The notes beneath the pieces were generated by a model. The model was not told the DNA's origin. It saw only the letters and a program-made list of their open reading frames with translations, and did not search any database. Positions 1 to 10,329 of a DNA stretch of 64,000 nt are shown here, in pieces (position 1 is the stretch's first letter; the number at the start of each line of letters is the position of its first letter). Both the position numbers and the translations under genes were made by a program. Source of the DNA: Reclinomonas americana ATCC 50394 (Eukaryota); assembly GCA_048213135.1 (NCBI GenBank), contig PS015009.1, positions 1,922,001 to 1,986,000 on the forward strand, given 5' to 3'.

Positions 1-2132
1 GCTTCTCGTATGACATTACACCTAAGCTTACGGTATCATCCGATATCAATTTCATTACACAGAACAGGAATTCGGAATCGAATGACGGATACAGCAATGG
101 CAGTTCAGGATCGTTCAACCAGTGGTTTCACCGAGACCTGGATATCGATATCCTGAGAGAACTGCGGGGACTTAAAACACCCGGCGGCGTATATTATTCC
201 TCCTGGAATATCTCCAATCCTACAAGTTATAGTGCTGCCAATCCCGACGCTTTTTATAAAGGCAATTATTGGTTCAATCCGTATACCCAACTTGATCTGC
301 AGAAAAACTATGACCAGCGCAACCGCCTGTTCGGCAACCTGGCGCTTAGTTACAAGCTGACCAATGCCCTGAAGGTGAAAGCCACTTACCGCCGCCAGCA
401 ACTCACTACGAACGGGTATAACATTTACCCGACAGAAATGCAGCTGAGCACTATACAGTCTGGCTTTAATCCTTATGCGGAAACAACGGCTGAAGGTATC
501 CTGGCCGCTTACAAAACTGGCCAGTCGAGCAACATAAGGCAGAATTTTGAAGGACTGCTTACTTACGATAAAAAGTTCAGGAATTTTTCTGTGATGCTTA
601 ACGCAGGCTTTGACATCCTGAAATCCAATGAACGCAGTTTCAATGCCAACACCAGTGGTGGTCTTACCATACCCAATGTTTATTCGCTCGCCAATTCGGT
701 GAACCCGATCCGTAATGCCGGCGGGCCGGATAATAACGGGCAGTTTGAAGTGATCACCGAGTTTACCAGGAGGGCCTTACTGGCTAACCTTACCCTGGGT
801 TATCGCAACCTGCTCTTTGTGGAAGGCACCTACCGCAGGGACCATAGTTCAACCGAACCCAAAGGCAGTTATATCGAAACCAAATCGGTTGGCGCCTCAC
901 TCATTATCTCTGATCTTTTACCGGGAAATAATGTACTCAGTTACGCGAAACTGAGGGGCTCATACGGGCAGGTACTGAATACGCTGAACCCCTACAACCT
1001 GAATAATTATTATACCATTTCCAATAATGTAAACGGTAATGCCATACTGGGCGAGCCCAATACACTGATCAATCCTGCGCTGCACGGTGCATCCAATTCT
1101 GAAAAGGAGCTGGGACTGGAACTCCGTTTCTGGAAAAACCGTTTCGGTATTTCCGGAACCTATTGGGACAGGACCAATAAAGATTTCCCTGTAAGCATTA
1201 CGCTTTCCGGTGCCTCGGGTTATACAGCTTACCGGACCAACGCCGGAGAGGTTGCCAAAAAGGGTGTGGATGTACAGGCATTCCTGGAAGTGATCAGGTC
1301 TAAGAACTTTAACTGGAGACTTACCGGCACATGGGGAACCCTTATTGAAAACAAAGTGGTGTCACTGGATAAAGAAGGACAGATCAAATCACTGATATCT
1401 TCAGGGGGCGCTTTCAGCCCGGCACAGGGCAGCAGCACAAGAGCGGCGTGGGTAACCAGCCAGGTTGGCGAAACCTGGGGCATGCTTACCGGTACCGGTA
1501 TTAAACGTATCAATGGTGTTCCGGTTATTGATGACAACGGGCTGTATGTAGCCGAGAATAATGTTAAATACGGCAGTGTATTGCCTAACTACACAGGTGG
1601 TGTACAAAGCTCGATCAACTTCCTGAAGAACTTCACCTTCAATGTGAACGTGGATTATTCCGTTGGCGGTAAATACTTCTCCCTTTCTGATTACTGGGGC
1701 AGTTTCTCGGGTCTGACTGCAAAAACAGCCGTCTTGAACGACAAGGGTAACTCCATCAGGGACGCGATTGAAGACGGCGGAGGTGTGCACGTTTTTGGTG
1801 TGGACGGAACAGGTAAGGCGATCGATAAATACGTTGATGCCCAGACCTATTTTCACCAGTTCAACGGCTCCAATATCAGCGAAGCCAGCGTATACGATCT
1901 CACATTCGTAAAAATGAGGGAAGTGAGCCTGGGTTACAAGCTGCCTATGGATAAACTCGGTATCGGGAGATATATCAAAGGGGCCACCTTCTCAGTTATA
2001 GCCCGCAACCCGATATTGATCTATGCCAAAACAAGGGATTTTGACCCGTCTGAAATTTCTAATGTAGCAGGTGAGGACGGACAGTTCCCGGGTACGAGAT
2101 CATTAGGATTTAACATTAAACTCAATTTCTAA
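1..2132 (+). CDS. susC: SusC/RagA-family TonB-linked outer membrane protein (5'-truncated by window edge)
   Basis: The frame of ORF 375..2132 is open back to position 3 (FSYDITPKLTVSSDINF...). It has barrel-type sequence, the SusC-like C-terminus 'DFDPSE...FPGTRSLGFNIKLNF' with terminal Phe, and is followed by a SusD. Confidence 0.93.
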   Translation, partial: FSYDITPKLTVSSDINFITQNRNSESNDGYSNGSSGSFNQWFHRDLDIDILRELRGLKTPGGVYYSSWNISNPTSYSAANPDAFYKGNYWFNPYTQLDLQKNYDQRNRLFGNLALSYKLTNALKVKATYRRQQLTTNGYNIYPTEMQLSTIQSGFNPYAETTAEGILAAYKTGQSSNIRQNFEGLLTYDKKFRNFSVMLNAGFDILKSNERSFNANTSGGLTIPNVYSLANSVNPIRNAGGPDNNGQFEVITEFTRRALLANLTLGYRNLLFVEGTYRRDHSSTEPKGSYIETKSVGASLIISDLLPGNNVLSYAKLRGSYGQVLNTLNPYNLNNYYTISNNVNGNAILGEPNTLINPALHGASNSEKELGLELRFWKNRFGISGTYWDRTNKDFPVSITLSGASGYTAYRTNAGEVAKKGVDVQAFLEVIRSKNFNWRLTGTWGTLIENKVVSLDKEGQIKSLISSGGAFSPAQGSSTRAAWVTSQVGETWGMLTGTGIKRINGVPVIDDNGLYVAENNVKYGSVLPNYTGGVQSSINFLKNFTFNVNVDYSVGGKYFSLSDYWGSFSGLTAKTAVLNDKGNSIRDAIEDGGGVHVFGVDGTGKAIDKYVDAQTYFHQFNGSNISEASVYDLTFVKMREVSLGYKLPMDKLGIGRYIKGATFSVIARNPILIYAKTRDFDPSEISNVAGEDGQFPGTRSLGFNIKLNF

Positions 2133-2183
2133 AACGGGGCGGGCATATTGCCGGAAGCCTTTTTATTCAGAAAAATATAAGAT

Positions 2184-3731
2184 ATGAAACCAGGATATTT
2201 TAAATCAAAAACGATGTTGGCAGCTGCTCTGTCATTGGGTCTTCTGGGTACAGGATGTGCCAAGATCAATGATTTCGGCGACCAGAATACCAGGACGGAT
2301 GCATCTACCATCCCGCTCACCAGCGGTCTTATCACCAGTGCCGAATCACAGATCGGTGGTTTGATGACAGGCCTGGTGACAGGATTGAGGGCCAGCCTGT
2401 ATGCGCAGCAGGTATCGGAAGAGCAGTATACCGAACAATCCACGTATGCCAACCCGCAACTGGATTTTGGAAACACTTATGCAGGACCAATGATGGACCT
2501 GCAAAAAGTGATCGACCTCAATACCAACCCCGATACCAAAAGTACTTACACGGTATTGTCATCTGGTTCCAATGGCAACCAGCTGGGTGTTGCCAAAATA
2601 CTGAAAGCCTACTGGCTGTGGACACTGACTGATCGCTGGGGCGACGTGCCCAATACAGAAGCCATGAAAGGTTTGGCCATACTCTCCCCGAAGTATGATA
2701 AGCAACAGGACATTTACGATTCCCTGTTTTCCGGACTGAAGTCAGCCATCAGCAGTTTTGATGCCGGCACCGCGGTTAAGGGCGATTACCTGTATGGAGG
2801 CAATGCCGCTAAATGGAAAAAGCTGGCCAATTCATTGCGTATGCTCATTGCTTTGCGCATGAGTAAAGTATATCCCGCTGCCGGTGAAAGGGCAGCCGCT
2901 GAATTTGTTGCCGCGGCAACAGATCCCAATGGCGCTATTACCACTAATGCCGATAACCTGGTTGCCATTTATGATGGCAAAACAGCGATAGGCACCAATG
3001 TATGGTACAATACCCTCAATGGCAGGCAGGATTATGACCTGTCTCTTACGCTGTCAAATATCCTTACCAACATGTCGGATCCCAGGAGGGATGTTTATGG
3101 TACAACAGGTTCGGCCATGCCTTACGGACTTACCCGCGACCTCGCGATAGCTTATGCCGGCTCTGTAAACGGCAGCATTTCCCGCCCGTTCGCAGTACGT
3201 ACCACAACAACCCCGGTTGTGATACTGCCCGCAGCCTATGTGCTGCTGGCACAGGCGGAAGCAGTAGAACGCGGCTGGTGGACCACATCGCCTTCCAGTG
3301 CGCAGGCTTTATATGAAGCTGGTGTAACCGCTTCTTTCAACCAGTGGAATGTAACCGGTGTTACGGCTTACCTGGCCGGTGCGGCTGATTACAATTCCGG
3401 TGCGGGAGGAGGAAATAATATCGGTTACCTGGCAGCTTACCCTTCCGTTGTTGGTGCCGATGCGCTGACCAGCACTCCACTCAAAAGGATACAGTTACAG
3501 CGTTACCTGGCCTCCTTCGGTGATGGTATACAGGCATGGTGCGAGTGGAGAAGGACCGGCGTACCCAATCTTAAGCCCACGGTATTTGGTAACAACAACC
3601 CCAAAGAGATCCCGAGGAGGTATGTGTATGGCGTTAATGAATATGGAACCAATACAGCCAATGTTGCAGCGGCAAGCGCTTTACTTACCGGCGGTGACAT
3701 CATGAGCGCAAGGGTATGGTGGGATAAATAA
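2184..3731 (+). CDS. susD: SusD/RagB-family nutrient-binding lipoprotein
   Basis: Lipobox LGTGC; motifs 'LTDRWGDVP', 'KWKKLANSLR', 'QAWCEWRRTG', 'IPRRYVY', 'RVWWDK'; directly after susC. Confidence 0.93.
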   Translation: MKPGYFKSKTMLAAALSLGLLGTGCAKINDFGDQNTRTDASTIPLTSGLITSAESQIGGLMTGLVTGLRASLYAQQVSEEQYTEQSTYANPQLDFGNTYAGPMMDLQKVIDLNTNPDTKSTYTVLSSGSNGNQLGVAKILKAYWLWTLTDRWGDVPNTEAMKGLAILSPKYDKQQDIYDSLFSGLKSAISSFDAGTAVKGDYLYGGNAAKWKKLANSLRMLIALRMSKVYPAAGERAAAEFVAAATDPNGAITTNADNLVAIYDGKTAIGTNVWYNTLNGRQDYDLSLTLSNILTNMSDPRRDVYGTTGSAMPYGLTRDLAIAYAGSVNGSISRPFAVRTTTTPVVILPAAYVLLAQAEAVERGWWTTSPSSAQALYEAGVTASFNQWNVTGVTAYLAGAADYNSGAGGGNNIGYLAAYPSVVGADALTSTPLKRIQLQRYLASFGDGIQAWCEWRRTGVPNLKPTVFGNNNPKEIPRRYVYGVNEYGTNTANVAAASALLTGGDIMSARVWWDK

Positions 3732-3767
3732 CAGTAACGAAAATTGTAAACAACAAAATAAAAGATC

Positions 3768-4718
3768 ATGAAATGGACATATAAATTTAAAGCGATCCTT
3801 GTTGCTGCAGCCGGGTTAGCGTTCTTTTCTTCCTGCGATAAAACAGTCGAGTATGAGCCTATAGGCGATGGAGGGCAAAAAATAATCCGGTTTGCCGATT
3901 ATGGAGGGTATGGACCTAATTTTAAGAATTCCAACCTGTCTTTTGACCCCACCAGCACATCAGAAATGGTGGATCTTACACTGGAATACCTCGGGCCTGT
4001 TGTTCCCGCGAACGACGTTACGGTAACCGTGGAAGTAGACGCGGCGGCGCTTGATAAATACAACGCTACGCAGACCGACCCTGCGAAACAATTCGAACTG
4101 CTGCCGGCTGCAGCTTACACGTTCCCGGCAACTACAGTTAAATTCAAAGCGGGACAGGTTCGCTCGGAAACCTTCCAGGTGGAGTTTAACCCAAGCCAGA
4201 TAGACGCTTCCAAAAACCTGATGCTTCCGCTCAGTGTAAAAGCTATATCCGGAGCAGATGCGGATGTAAAACCAGCGAGCGGAACGGGTACCGCCTATTT
4301 TCATTTTATCGGTAATCCACTCGCAGGTGCTTATACTGTAGAAGGTTATTTTTACCATCCTTCATTGCCACGGCCCATTACACGCACCGGCGCGTCAGGA
4401 GCATTGTCACCACTCTCAGATAAAGAACTGGTAACCGAACTTGGAGACCTGGGTGCATCAGGATATTATGCCGTACTGAAAGTAGATGATCCCTATGCTA
4501 CCACCATTCAGCCTGTAACGGTATCGGTATACCCGGGCAGCATCAGCCCTGTTTTTCAATGGGGTACCCTGGCAGCAACCGGATATACACCAGCCTGGCC
4601 TAAATCATCATTGTGCAACAACACGTATGACCCTGCCACCAAAACCTTCTATTTGAGATACGGTTACTCCGGTTCTACTGGTTATCGCGTTTCTGAGGAA
4701 ATAATCAAAAAGAATTAG
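3768..4718 (+). CDS. DUF1735 (BT_3987-like) domain lipoprotein, SusCD accessory
   Basis: Lipobox FSSC; 'VDAAALDKYN...FELLPAAAY...LMLPLSV' is the DUF1735 pattern; third gene of the susCD unit. Confidence 0.75.
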   Translation: MKWTYKFKAILVAAAGLAFFSSCDKTVEYEPIGDGGQKIIRFADYGGYGPNFKNSNLSFDPTSTSEMVDLTLEYLGPVVPANDVTVTVEVDAAALDKYNATQTDPAKQFELLPAAAYTFPATTVKFKAGQVRSETFQVEFNPSQIDASKNLMLPLSVKAISGADADVKPASGTGTAYFHFIGNPLAGAYTVEGYFYHPSLPRPITRTGASGALSPLSDKELVTELGDLGASGYYAVLKVDDPYATTIQPVTVSVYPGSISPVFQWGTLAATGYTPAWPKSSLCNNTYDPATKTFYLRYGYSGSTGYRVSEEIIKKN

Positions 4719-4744
4719 ATCGGAAGATCAATCCTTACAACAAT

Positions 4745-4783
4745 AAAAAAGCCCCGGTTAATAATATGCCGGGGCCTTTTATT
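4745..4783. terminator. Bidirectional rho-independent terminator
   Basis: A-run, GCCCCGG-loop-CCGGGGC stem (4751-4775), then a T-run; lies between convergent genes. Confidence 0.8.
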
Positions 4784-4808
4784 TATATCATGACCAGTAA
4801 GCCTGCGA

Positions 4809-5651
4809 TCAAAATCTTGGGCAACTCATCCTGTTCTTCGGTAGCTTTTCTTCCCTTTCTTCCAGGCTGTTGAGCCGGAAACCGATAGTCAGGCCGCCGA
4901 AATAATACCAGTCCTTGGTTTTTTCATTACCTCTTTGGGTACCATCAGCAGGATAGAGTGGTGAACCGCCGGGTAACTCATCTCCCCGGTAAGAAATATC
5001 CACTGCCTGCTGTCCCCTGTTATTAAACAATACAAACTCATCTGTATAAGTAGTGCTTACATCGTCGAGGTAATCGGTGAACGTTTTTCGCATGCCAACT
5101 TCCAGCCCGAGTATCATGGTTCTGCCCAGGTTCATTTTTACGCCAAGCCCAAAAGGTATGGCAAACTGTCCCAGTTTATATTTTTTCCTGTCGCCATAAA
5201 AGCCTTGTCCTTCCGTACTCAATGGTTGCAGTTTTATTTTTCGTCCGGCGGTATCGATAGCCGTTGGATTAAAACTGAAACGGCTGATGCCCGCGAAAAC
5301 ATACGGCGTAAATCTTTTGGTATACAGGTTAAGCAATTGATATTCGAAACCAAGGCTGATCTCGGTAAGCGGGCTTGTAAAATTGAGGTTGCGGGCCTGG
5401 TTCTTCCTGCTCTTTTTATCGTCACCACTGATTTTTCCAAAAGTACCGGTAAGGCGTAGGTGCAGTTTGTCGGTAAGCTCATAATCAAGCCCAACGCCAA
5501 AGGCCGCATGCGACTGGTTAATGGTAAATTGTCTTTCCTGCAGTTCGCCCTGGTAATTGCTGAAACCCGCAAATACATTGAAGTTCATGGCTTGCGCATC
5601 AGCTTCGGTTGCGCATAAAATCAGCAAAACAGGCAATAAGATTTTCTTCAT
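4809..5651 (-). CDS. DUF6089/PorG-like outer-membrane beta-barrel protein
   Basis: Signal peptide; 'SNYQGEL', 'RNLNFTS', 'LQPLSTEGQ', 'RKTFTDYLDDVS', 'KDWYYF', C-terminal CPRF. Confidence 0.75.
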   Translation of the reverse strand: MKKILLPVLLILCATEADAQAMNFNVFAGFSNYQGELQERQFTINQSHAAFGVGLDYELTDKLHLRLTGTFGKISGDDKKSRKNQARNLNFTSPLTEISLGFEYQLLNLYTKRFTPYVFAGISRFSFNPTAIDTAGRKIKLQPLSTEGQGFYGDRKKYKLGQFAIPFGLGVKMNLGRTMILGLEVGMRKTFTDYLDDVSTTYTDEFVLFNNRGQQAVDISYRGDELPGGSPLYPADGTQRGNEKTKDWYYFGGLTIGFRLNSLEEREEKLPKNRMSCPRF

Positions 5652-5697
5652 ATAAAGGTTTGCGCCGCAAAACTATTTATTTCCTGTCAACCGGGAT

Positions 5698-5805
5698 ATA
5701 CCACAAACAGGTAGTTACAATAAAATGCGAAGATGAAGTTTTGATTATTTTTAAAAACTACCCCTTTTGTGGTATTGTTTAATTTTTTTAGTCAGCATAG
5801 TTTTG
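5698..5805 (+). promoter_or_regulatory. Promoter of the T9SS/fibre operon: two NarL-like 7-2-7 sites and a -7 element
   Basis: ATACCACAAACAGGTAGTT (5698-5716) and AACTACCCCTTTTGTGGTAT (5756-5775) are near inverted copies of each other; TAGTTTTG at 5798-5805. Confidence 0.5.
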
Positions 5806-5911
5806 CGTTCTCAAGCAAGGAAAATCTTCAAGACGGTTTACCCGCCCTGGTCTCGCCCTGACAGCAATTATTAATGAAACCAAATCAATAACTGATTAAA
5901 CAGAGATTACC

Positions 5912-6451
5912 ATGCGTAAAAACTACATCTGCATGTTTTTGATGCTGGTATTGTTCGGAACCAGTGCACGATCACAAACCACGTCAGCACCCCAAACGGT
6001 AAATGTAAGCGGAGGTTACAACGATAACCCTTCGTCCTATTACCGTTATGAATGGAGTGTGGGAGAGGCTTCGGTGATTGAAACCCTCAGTTCACCCACC
6101 CTGGTGGTAACTGCGGGCGTATTGCAACCCGGTACCAACAATCCTGCATCCAACAACACCAATGGCGAATGGGGTACAGAAGAGATCAAGATCTATCCCA
6201 ACCCGCTTATCACAGAACTTGAAGTAAGTATCCTTTCCAAACAAAAAGGAAAAATTTCCATGATGCTGTATGACGCGACAGGTCGTATGATTGGCAACCG
6301 CCAATTTGATTACTACGGAACAGGGCGTATTGAAAAATGGGATTTTACCCGTTTTGCTACAGGACAGTACCTGCTGAAAGTGATACTGGATCCTCAGCCG
6401 GGGTCGGTTGCCAAAAAAGGGACATTCAAAGTTCAGAAACTAAAAAACTAA
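5912..6451 (+). CDS. Small T9SS type-A sorting domain protein
   Basis: Signal peptide; short 'WSVGE...AGVLQP' N-domain; CTD 'IKIYPNP...LYDATGR...GQYLLKV...FKVQK'. Confidence 0.88.
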   Translation: MRKNYICMFLMLVLFGTSARSQTTSAPQTVNVSGGYNDNPSSYYRYEWSVGEASVIETLSSPTLVVTAGVLQPGTNNPASNNTNGEWGTEEIKIYPNPLITELEVSILSKQKGKISMMLYDATGRMIGNRQFDYYGTGRIEKWDFTRFATGQYLLKVILDPQPGSVAKKGTFKVQKLKN

Positions 6452-6481
6452 TTATTGATCATCTTATTAATAAAGAAAACA

Positions 6482-9088
6482 ATGAAAAAATTATCCGCTT
6501 TATTCATCGCGCTGGTAAGCTGTGCAGCGATCATGGCGCAGGCGCCTAACCTCATGAATTTCCAGGGTGTTGCCAGGAACCCGGTGGGCAATGTTATCGC
6601 CTCGCGTAACATCACCGTAAGGTTAACAGTGCATACCGGAACGGCAACAGGCGCTACTGTATACAGTGAAACACGTGCTGTAACCACTAACGCTTTTGGT
6701 CTTTTTAATATCGTTATCGGCAGTGCCGGTGCAACAAGCACCACGGGTACCGTAGCTTCGGTAAACTGGCTCGCCGGTAATAAATACATACAACTGGAAG
6801 TGGATCCTAACGGCGGTACTTCTTTTACCGACATTGGTACTACACAACTGGTGAGTGTTCCTTACGCCTTTGCTGCAGGGGCAGCCAACCCGGTTGGTGC
6901 AGCCGGTGGCGACCTTACCGGAACCTATCCCAATCCAACGCTCACCAACAGTGGTGTAACGGCAGGTACTTATGGTAACGCCACCAACTATGCAGTGGTA
7001 ACTGTAGACAGCAAAGGAAGGGTAACAGCCGCCAGCCAGTCCCCTCTTCCTTCCATCCCACCAAGCCTGCCACCATCTGGCCCCGCCGGTGGTGATCTTA
7101 CCGGAACTTATCCTAACCCGACTATTGCTATGCCGCTGACTAAAACAGCTTCACTGGCGGCATCCGGATTGGTGAACCTGACCAACTCTTCTGCTACCGG
7201 CACTTCAGGTGCTATCATTGCTTCAAGCGCCAGCACAGACGCCAGCGCTACCGCCATCCAGGGAACCATTTCCTCTACTGGTCCCGGCGGATTCTCTTCA
7301 GCTGTAAGAGGTATCAACAATGGCACGGGCGGATTGGGTATTGGTGTGTATGGTTCACAGGCCGGCAGCGGCTGGGGTGTTTACGGTACAACCCCTTCCG
7401 GTATTGGTGTATATGGTAATAGTCCAACAGGTACCGGCTTATGGGGACAAACCACTTCAGGTACAGCCCTGCGTACAGTTGGTGCCGTACAAATGACAGG
7501 CATCGGCGAAGCAGCAGGTCGTGTATTGACTACCGATGCGGCTGGTATTGCTACCTGGCAGGCTTTGCCCGCAGGAGGCGTAACCGGCAGCGGTACAGTG
7601 AACACGATCGCGAAATTTACACCTTCCGGAACAGCAGTGGGTAATTCACAACTTACAGATGATGGCACCAGCGTAGGTGTAAATACGCCGGCGCTGAGCC
7701 CGAATATCAAATTGCAGGTAACAGCGGGCAGCATCGGCAATGCGGTACGCAGTACCCTGGTTGGAACACCATCTACTTCCATCGCTACTTCGGGAAGTAT
7801 GTATGGTGAATCTACAACAGGTATTGGTGTGATCGGCGTGAGTGGTTCACAAAACGGTGTGTATGGCTTGTCAACCGGAACGCTTGGTGGTACTGTAGGT
7901 GTGGCAACCGGCACCGGTAACGGTCTCTGGGGTGTGGCCACAGGAACTGGTGTTGCAGGTTTCTTCGATGGTGGTGTTAACGGCCGCGGCATCATTGTGT
8001 CTACCGGTGCATCCGGTTTTGGTACAACCACGCCTTCAGGAAGGCTTATGGTTATGCAACCGGCTACGCCTGTTCCGGCTATTGATACCTTCCCGGCTAT
8101 TTATGGTTATACTTACACTGCGCTGGGTTCTGTAAAAGGTGGTGTTTCGGGTACTTACAATACTTCCAACTATGGTACCGGTATACATGGTTTAGGCTAC
8201 CAGGGCGTTACTCTCCAGGATGCTAACGCCAGATTCAGTTTAGGCAACCAGGACCTGGGTGTATATGGTTCTGCCAATACAGTTGGTGTGGAAGGTACTT
8301 CCGAAGGCGGTATCGGTGTAGTTGGTTACAATAAGAACTCATCTTTCGCGGCTACTACGGGCGGTGGTAACACCTATGGTGTATATGGTTATTCCAATAC
8401 AATTGGTGGCGCTACGGTGCCGGCTACACGCTATGGCGTATATGGTTATGCAACCGGTGCTGCGACCAACTATGCGGGTTATTTCTCCGGTAATGTGCAG
8501 ATCACCGGTTCTATTGCAAAAGGCAGCGGTACTTTCAAGATCGATCACCCGCTTGATCCGGAAAATAAATACCTCTACCACAGTTTCGTGGAAAGCCCTG
8601 AAATGATGAACATCTATAACGGTAATATCACTACCGACGTTAATGGTTATGCAACTGTAGACATGCCTTCTTATTTCAATGCACTGAATAAAGATTTCCG
8701 TTACCAGCTTACTGTTATCGGAACCTTTGCACAGGCTATTGTAGATAAAGAGATCAATGGCAATCAATTTGTGATCCGCACCAACCAGCCCAACGTAAAA
8801 GTAAGCTGGATGGTAACCGGTGTTCGCCAGGATAAATATGCCAATGCCCACCGCGTACAACCTGAAGTGGAAAAAGAACCACAATTCAAAGGACATTACC
8901 TGCACGCGGAAGAATGGGGTAAGCCTGCCAGTATGAGCATCGACTACCTGACAAGGCCTAAAACAAAACAGGAAAACAAGCCTAAGATCAGTACTTCAGG
9001 TAATCCTGCACCTGAAAAAACTACACCTGCAACCACAGAAGGAATTGTTGCCGGCGTACAATTACAAAAAGAAGAAAAGAAACAATAG
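6482..9088 (+). CDS. Gly/Thr-rich tail-fibre/adhesin-like secreted protein
   Basis: Start MKKLSALF at 6482 with signal peptide; N-domain '[14 protein letters not shown]...SVPYA'; two [12 protein letters not shown] repeats; fibre motif 'GVTAGTY...[12 protein letters not shown]'; many GVYG repeats; C-domain '[22 protein letters not shown]'. Confidence 0.75.
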   Translation: MKKLSALFIALVSCAAIMAQAPNLMNFQGVARNPVGNVIASRNITVRLTVHTGTATGATVYSETRAVTTNAFGLFNIVIGSAGATSTTGTVASVNWLAGNKYIQLEVDPNGGTSFTDIGTTQLVSVPYAFAAGAANPVGAAGGDLTGTYPNPTLTNSGVTAGTYGNATNYAVVTVDSKGRVTAASQSPLPSIPPSLPPSGPAGGDLTGTYPNPTIAMPLTKTASLAASGLVNLTNSSATGTSGAIIASSASTDASATAIQGTISSTGPGGFSSAVRGINNGTGGLGIGVYGSQAGSGWGVYGTTPSGIGVYGNSPTGTGLWGQTTSGTALRTVGAVQMTGIGEAAGRVLTTDAAGIATWQALPAGGVTGSGTVNTIAKFTPSGTAVGNSQLTDDGTSVGVNTPALSPNIKLQVTAGSIGNAVRSTLVGTPSTSIATSGSMYGESTTGIGVIGVSGSQNGVYGLSTGTLGGTVGVATGTGNGLWGVATGTGVAGFFDGGVNGRGIIVSTGASGFGTTTPSGRLMVMQPATPVPAIDTFPAIYGYTYTALGSVKGGVSGTYNTSNYGTGIHGLGYQGVTLQDANARFSLGNQDLGVYGSANTVGVEGTSEGGIGVVGYNKNSSFAATTGGGNTYGVYGYSNTIGGATVPATRYGVYGYATGAATNYAGYFSGNVQITGSIAKGSGTFKIDHPLDPENKYLYHSFVESPEMMNIYNGNITTDVNGYATVDMPSYFNALNKDFRYQLTVIGTFAQAIVDKEINGNQFVIRTNQPNVKVSWMVTGVRQDKYANAHRVQPEVEKEPQFKGHYLHAEEWGKPASMSIDYLTRPKTKQENKPKISTSGNPAPEKTTPATTEGIVAGVQLQKEEKKQ

Positions 9089-9113
9089 TTAATAACGGCC
9101 AACTATAGCAGTC

Positions 9114-9147
9114 AAGCTGTCCTTGTCTAAGGACAGCTTTTTTTTAT
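9114..9147. terminator. Rho-independent terminator
   Basis: AAGCTGTCCTT-GTCT-AAGGACAGCTT perfect stem followed by a T-run; between convergent genes. Confidence 0.88.
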
Positions 9148-10308
9148 TTATATCTTACCAAATGCCTGCTGCAGGTCGCTGATAAGATAAGCGGGCTCTT
9201 CCAATCCTGCATACAAACGGAGCATACGGTGCTCACGGTTGGAAGCATTGAACTCACTGCGGGGCATACCCGAACATTTGGGAATGATGAGGCTTTCGTG
9301 GCCACCCCAGCTTACTGCCATAAAGATGTGCTGCAAACTGTTGCAGAACAATTCTATTTCATCAACCGTTTGCGCTTTGATAATGAATGTAAGCAGGCCG
9401 CAGGAACCACTCATTTGCTGTTTAGCCAATGTATACTGAGGGAAACTTTCGTCGAAAGGAAAAATAACAGACTCTACTTTCGGATGTGTTTTCAGGAAGT
9501 CCAGTACTTTCCATGTAGTCGCTGTTATACGGTCGAGCCGTGCGGGGAGTGTGCGCAGACCGCGGATGAGCAGCCAGGCGTTGAAAGGAGAAATGCCACT
9601 GCCGATGTTCATGTATTCACTGTTGAAGATGCGGGCGATCATTTCTTTGCTGCCCGACAATACACCACCCAGTGTATCGCTGTGCCCGCTGATGTACTTG
9701 GTGGCGGTTTGCATGGCCAGGTCAATGCCATAGCGGATCGGTTGCTGAAACAGCGGTGTGCAGTAACTGTTGTCGATGATGGTAACGATGTCTTCGGCAT
9801 TGGCGAGTTCGGCTACTGCTTTCAGGTCTTGCAACTTATAGTCCCAGCTGTTGGGACTCTCCAGGTAAATCAATGTGGTGTTGGGGAGAATGGCCCTTTC
9901 AAAATTTTCTATTGATGTGCCATCGATATAAGTAGTACTTACACCAAAACGGGGCAGGATATTATTGAACATTTTCTGAGCCCAGGAATAAGGTTGATCT
10001 ACCGAAACGATATGATCACCCGATTTTACATTGGCCAGCACGGCGGCGAAAATAGCAGCCGCCCCGCTGTTGAATACCAGGCAATCTTCAGCTCCGTCAA
10101 GTGCCGCCAGCTTTTCTTTAAGAATGTGAACGGTTGGGTTCCGGCCACGGCTGTACAGGTAGGTGGAATATTCATCGGCGAAAGCCTGGCGCATGTCATC
10201 CACGGTTTTGAACATGAAATTGCTGGTCTGTATGATCGGCGGCGCCACAGCGTTGAAATACTGTTCCCTTTCTTCCGCGAATTCATTCAGTATATAGGAG
10301 ATGTCCAT
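9148..10308 (-). CDS. PLP-dependent trans-sulfuration enzyme (cystathionine beta-lyase/gamma-synthase family)
   Basis: 'YSRGRNPT', 'FNSGAAAI', 'LESPNS', 'IDNSY', PLP lysine motif 'TATKYISGHSD', 'SWGGHESL'. Confidence 0.92.
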   Translation of the reverse strand: MDISYILNEFAEEREQYFNAVAPPIIQTSNFMFKTVDDMRQAFADEYSTYLYSRGRNPTVHILKEKLAALDGAEDCLVFNSGAAAIFAAVLANVKSGDHIVSVDQPYSWAQKMFNNILPRFGVSTTYIDGTSIENFERAILPNTTLIYLESPNSWDYKLQDLKAVAELANAEDIVTIIDNSYCTPLFQQPIRYGIDLAMQTATKYISGHSDTLGGVLSGSKEMIARIFNSEYMNIGSGISPFNAWLLIRGLRTLPARLDRITATTWKVLDFLKTHPKVESVIFPFDESFPQYTLAKQQMSGSCGLLTFIIKAQTVDEIELFCNSLQHIFMAVSWGGHESLIIPKCSGMPRSEFNASNREHRMLRLYAGLEEPAYLISDLQQAFGKI

Positions 10309-10329
10309 AATGCAATTATGAATGATGAG

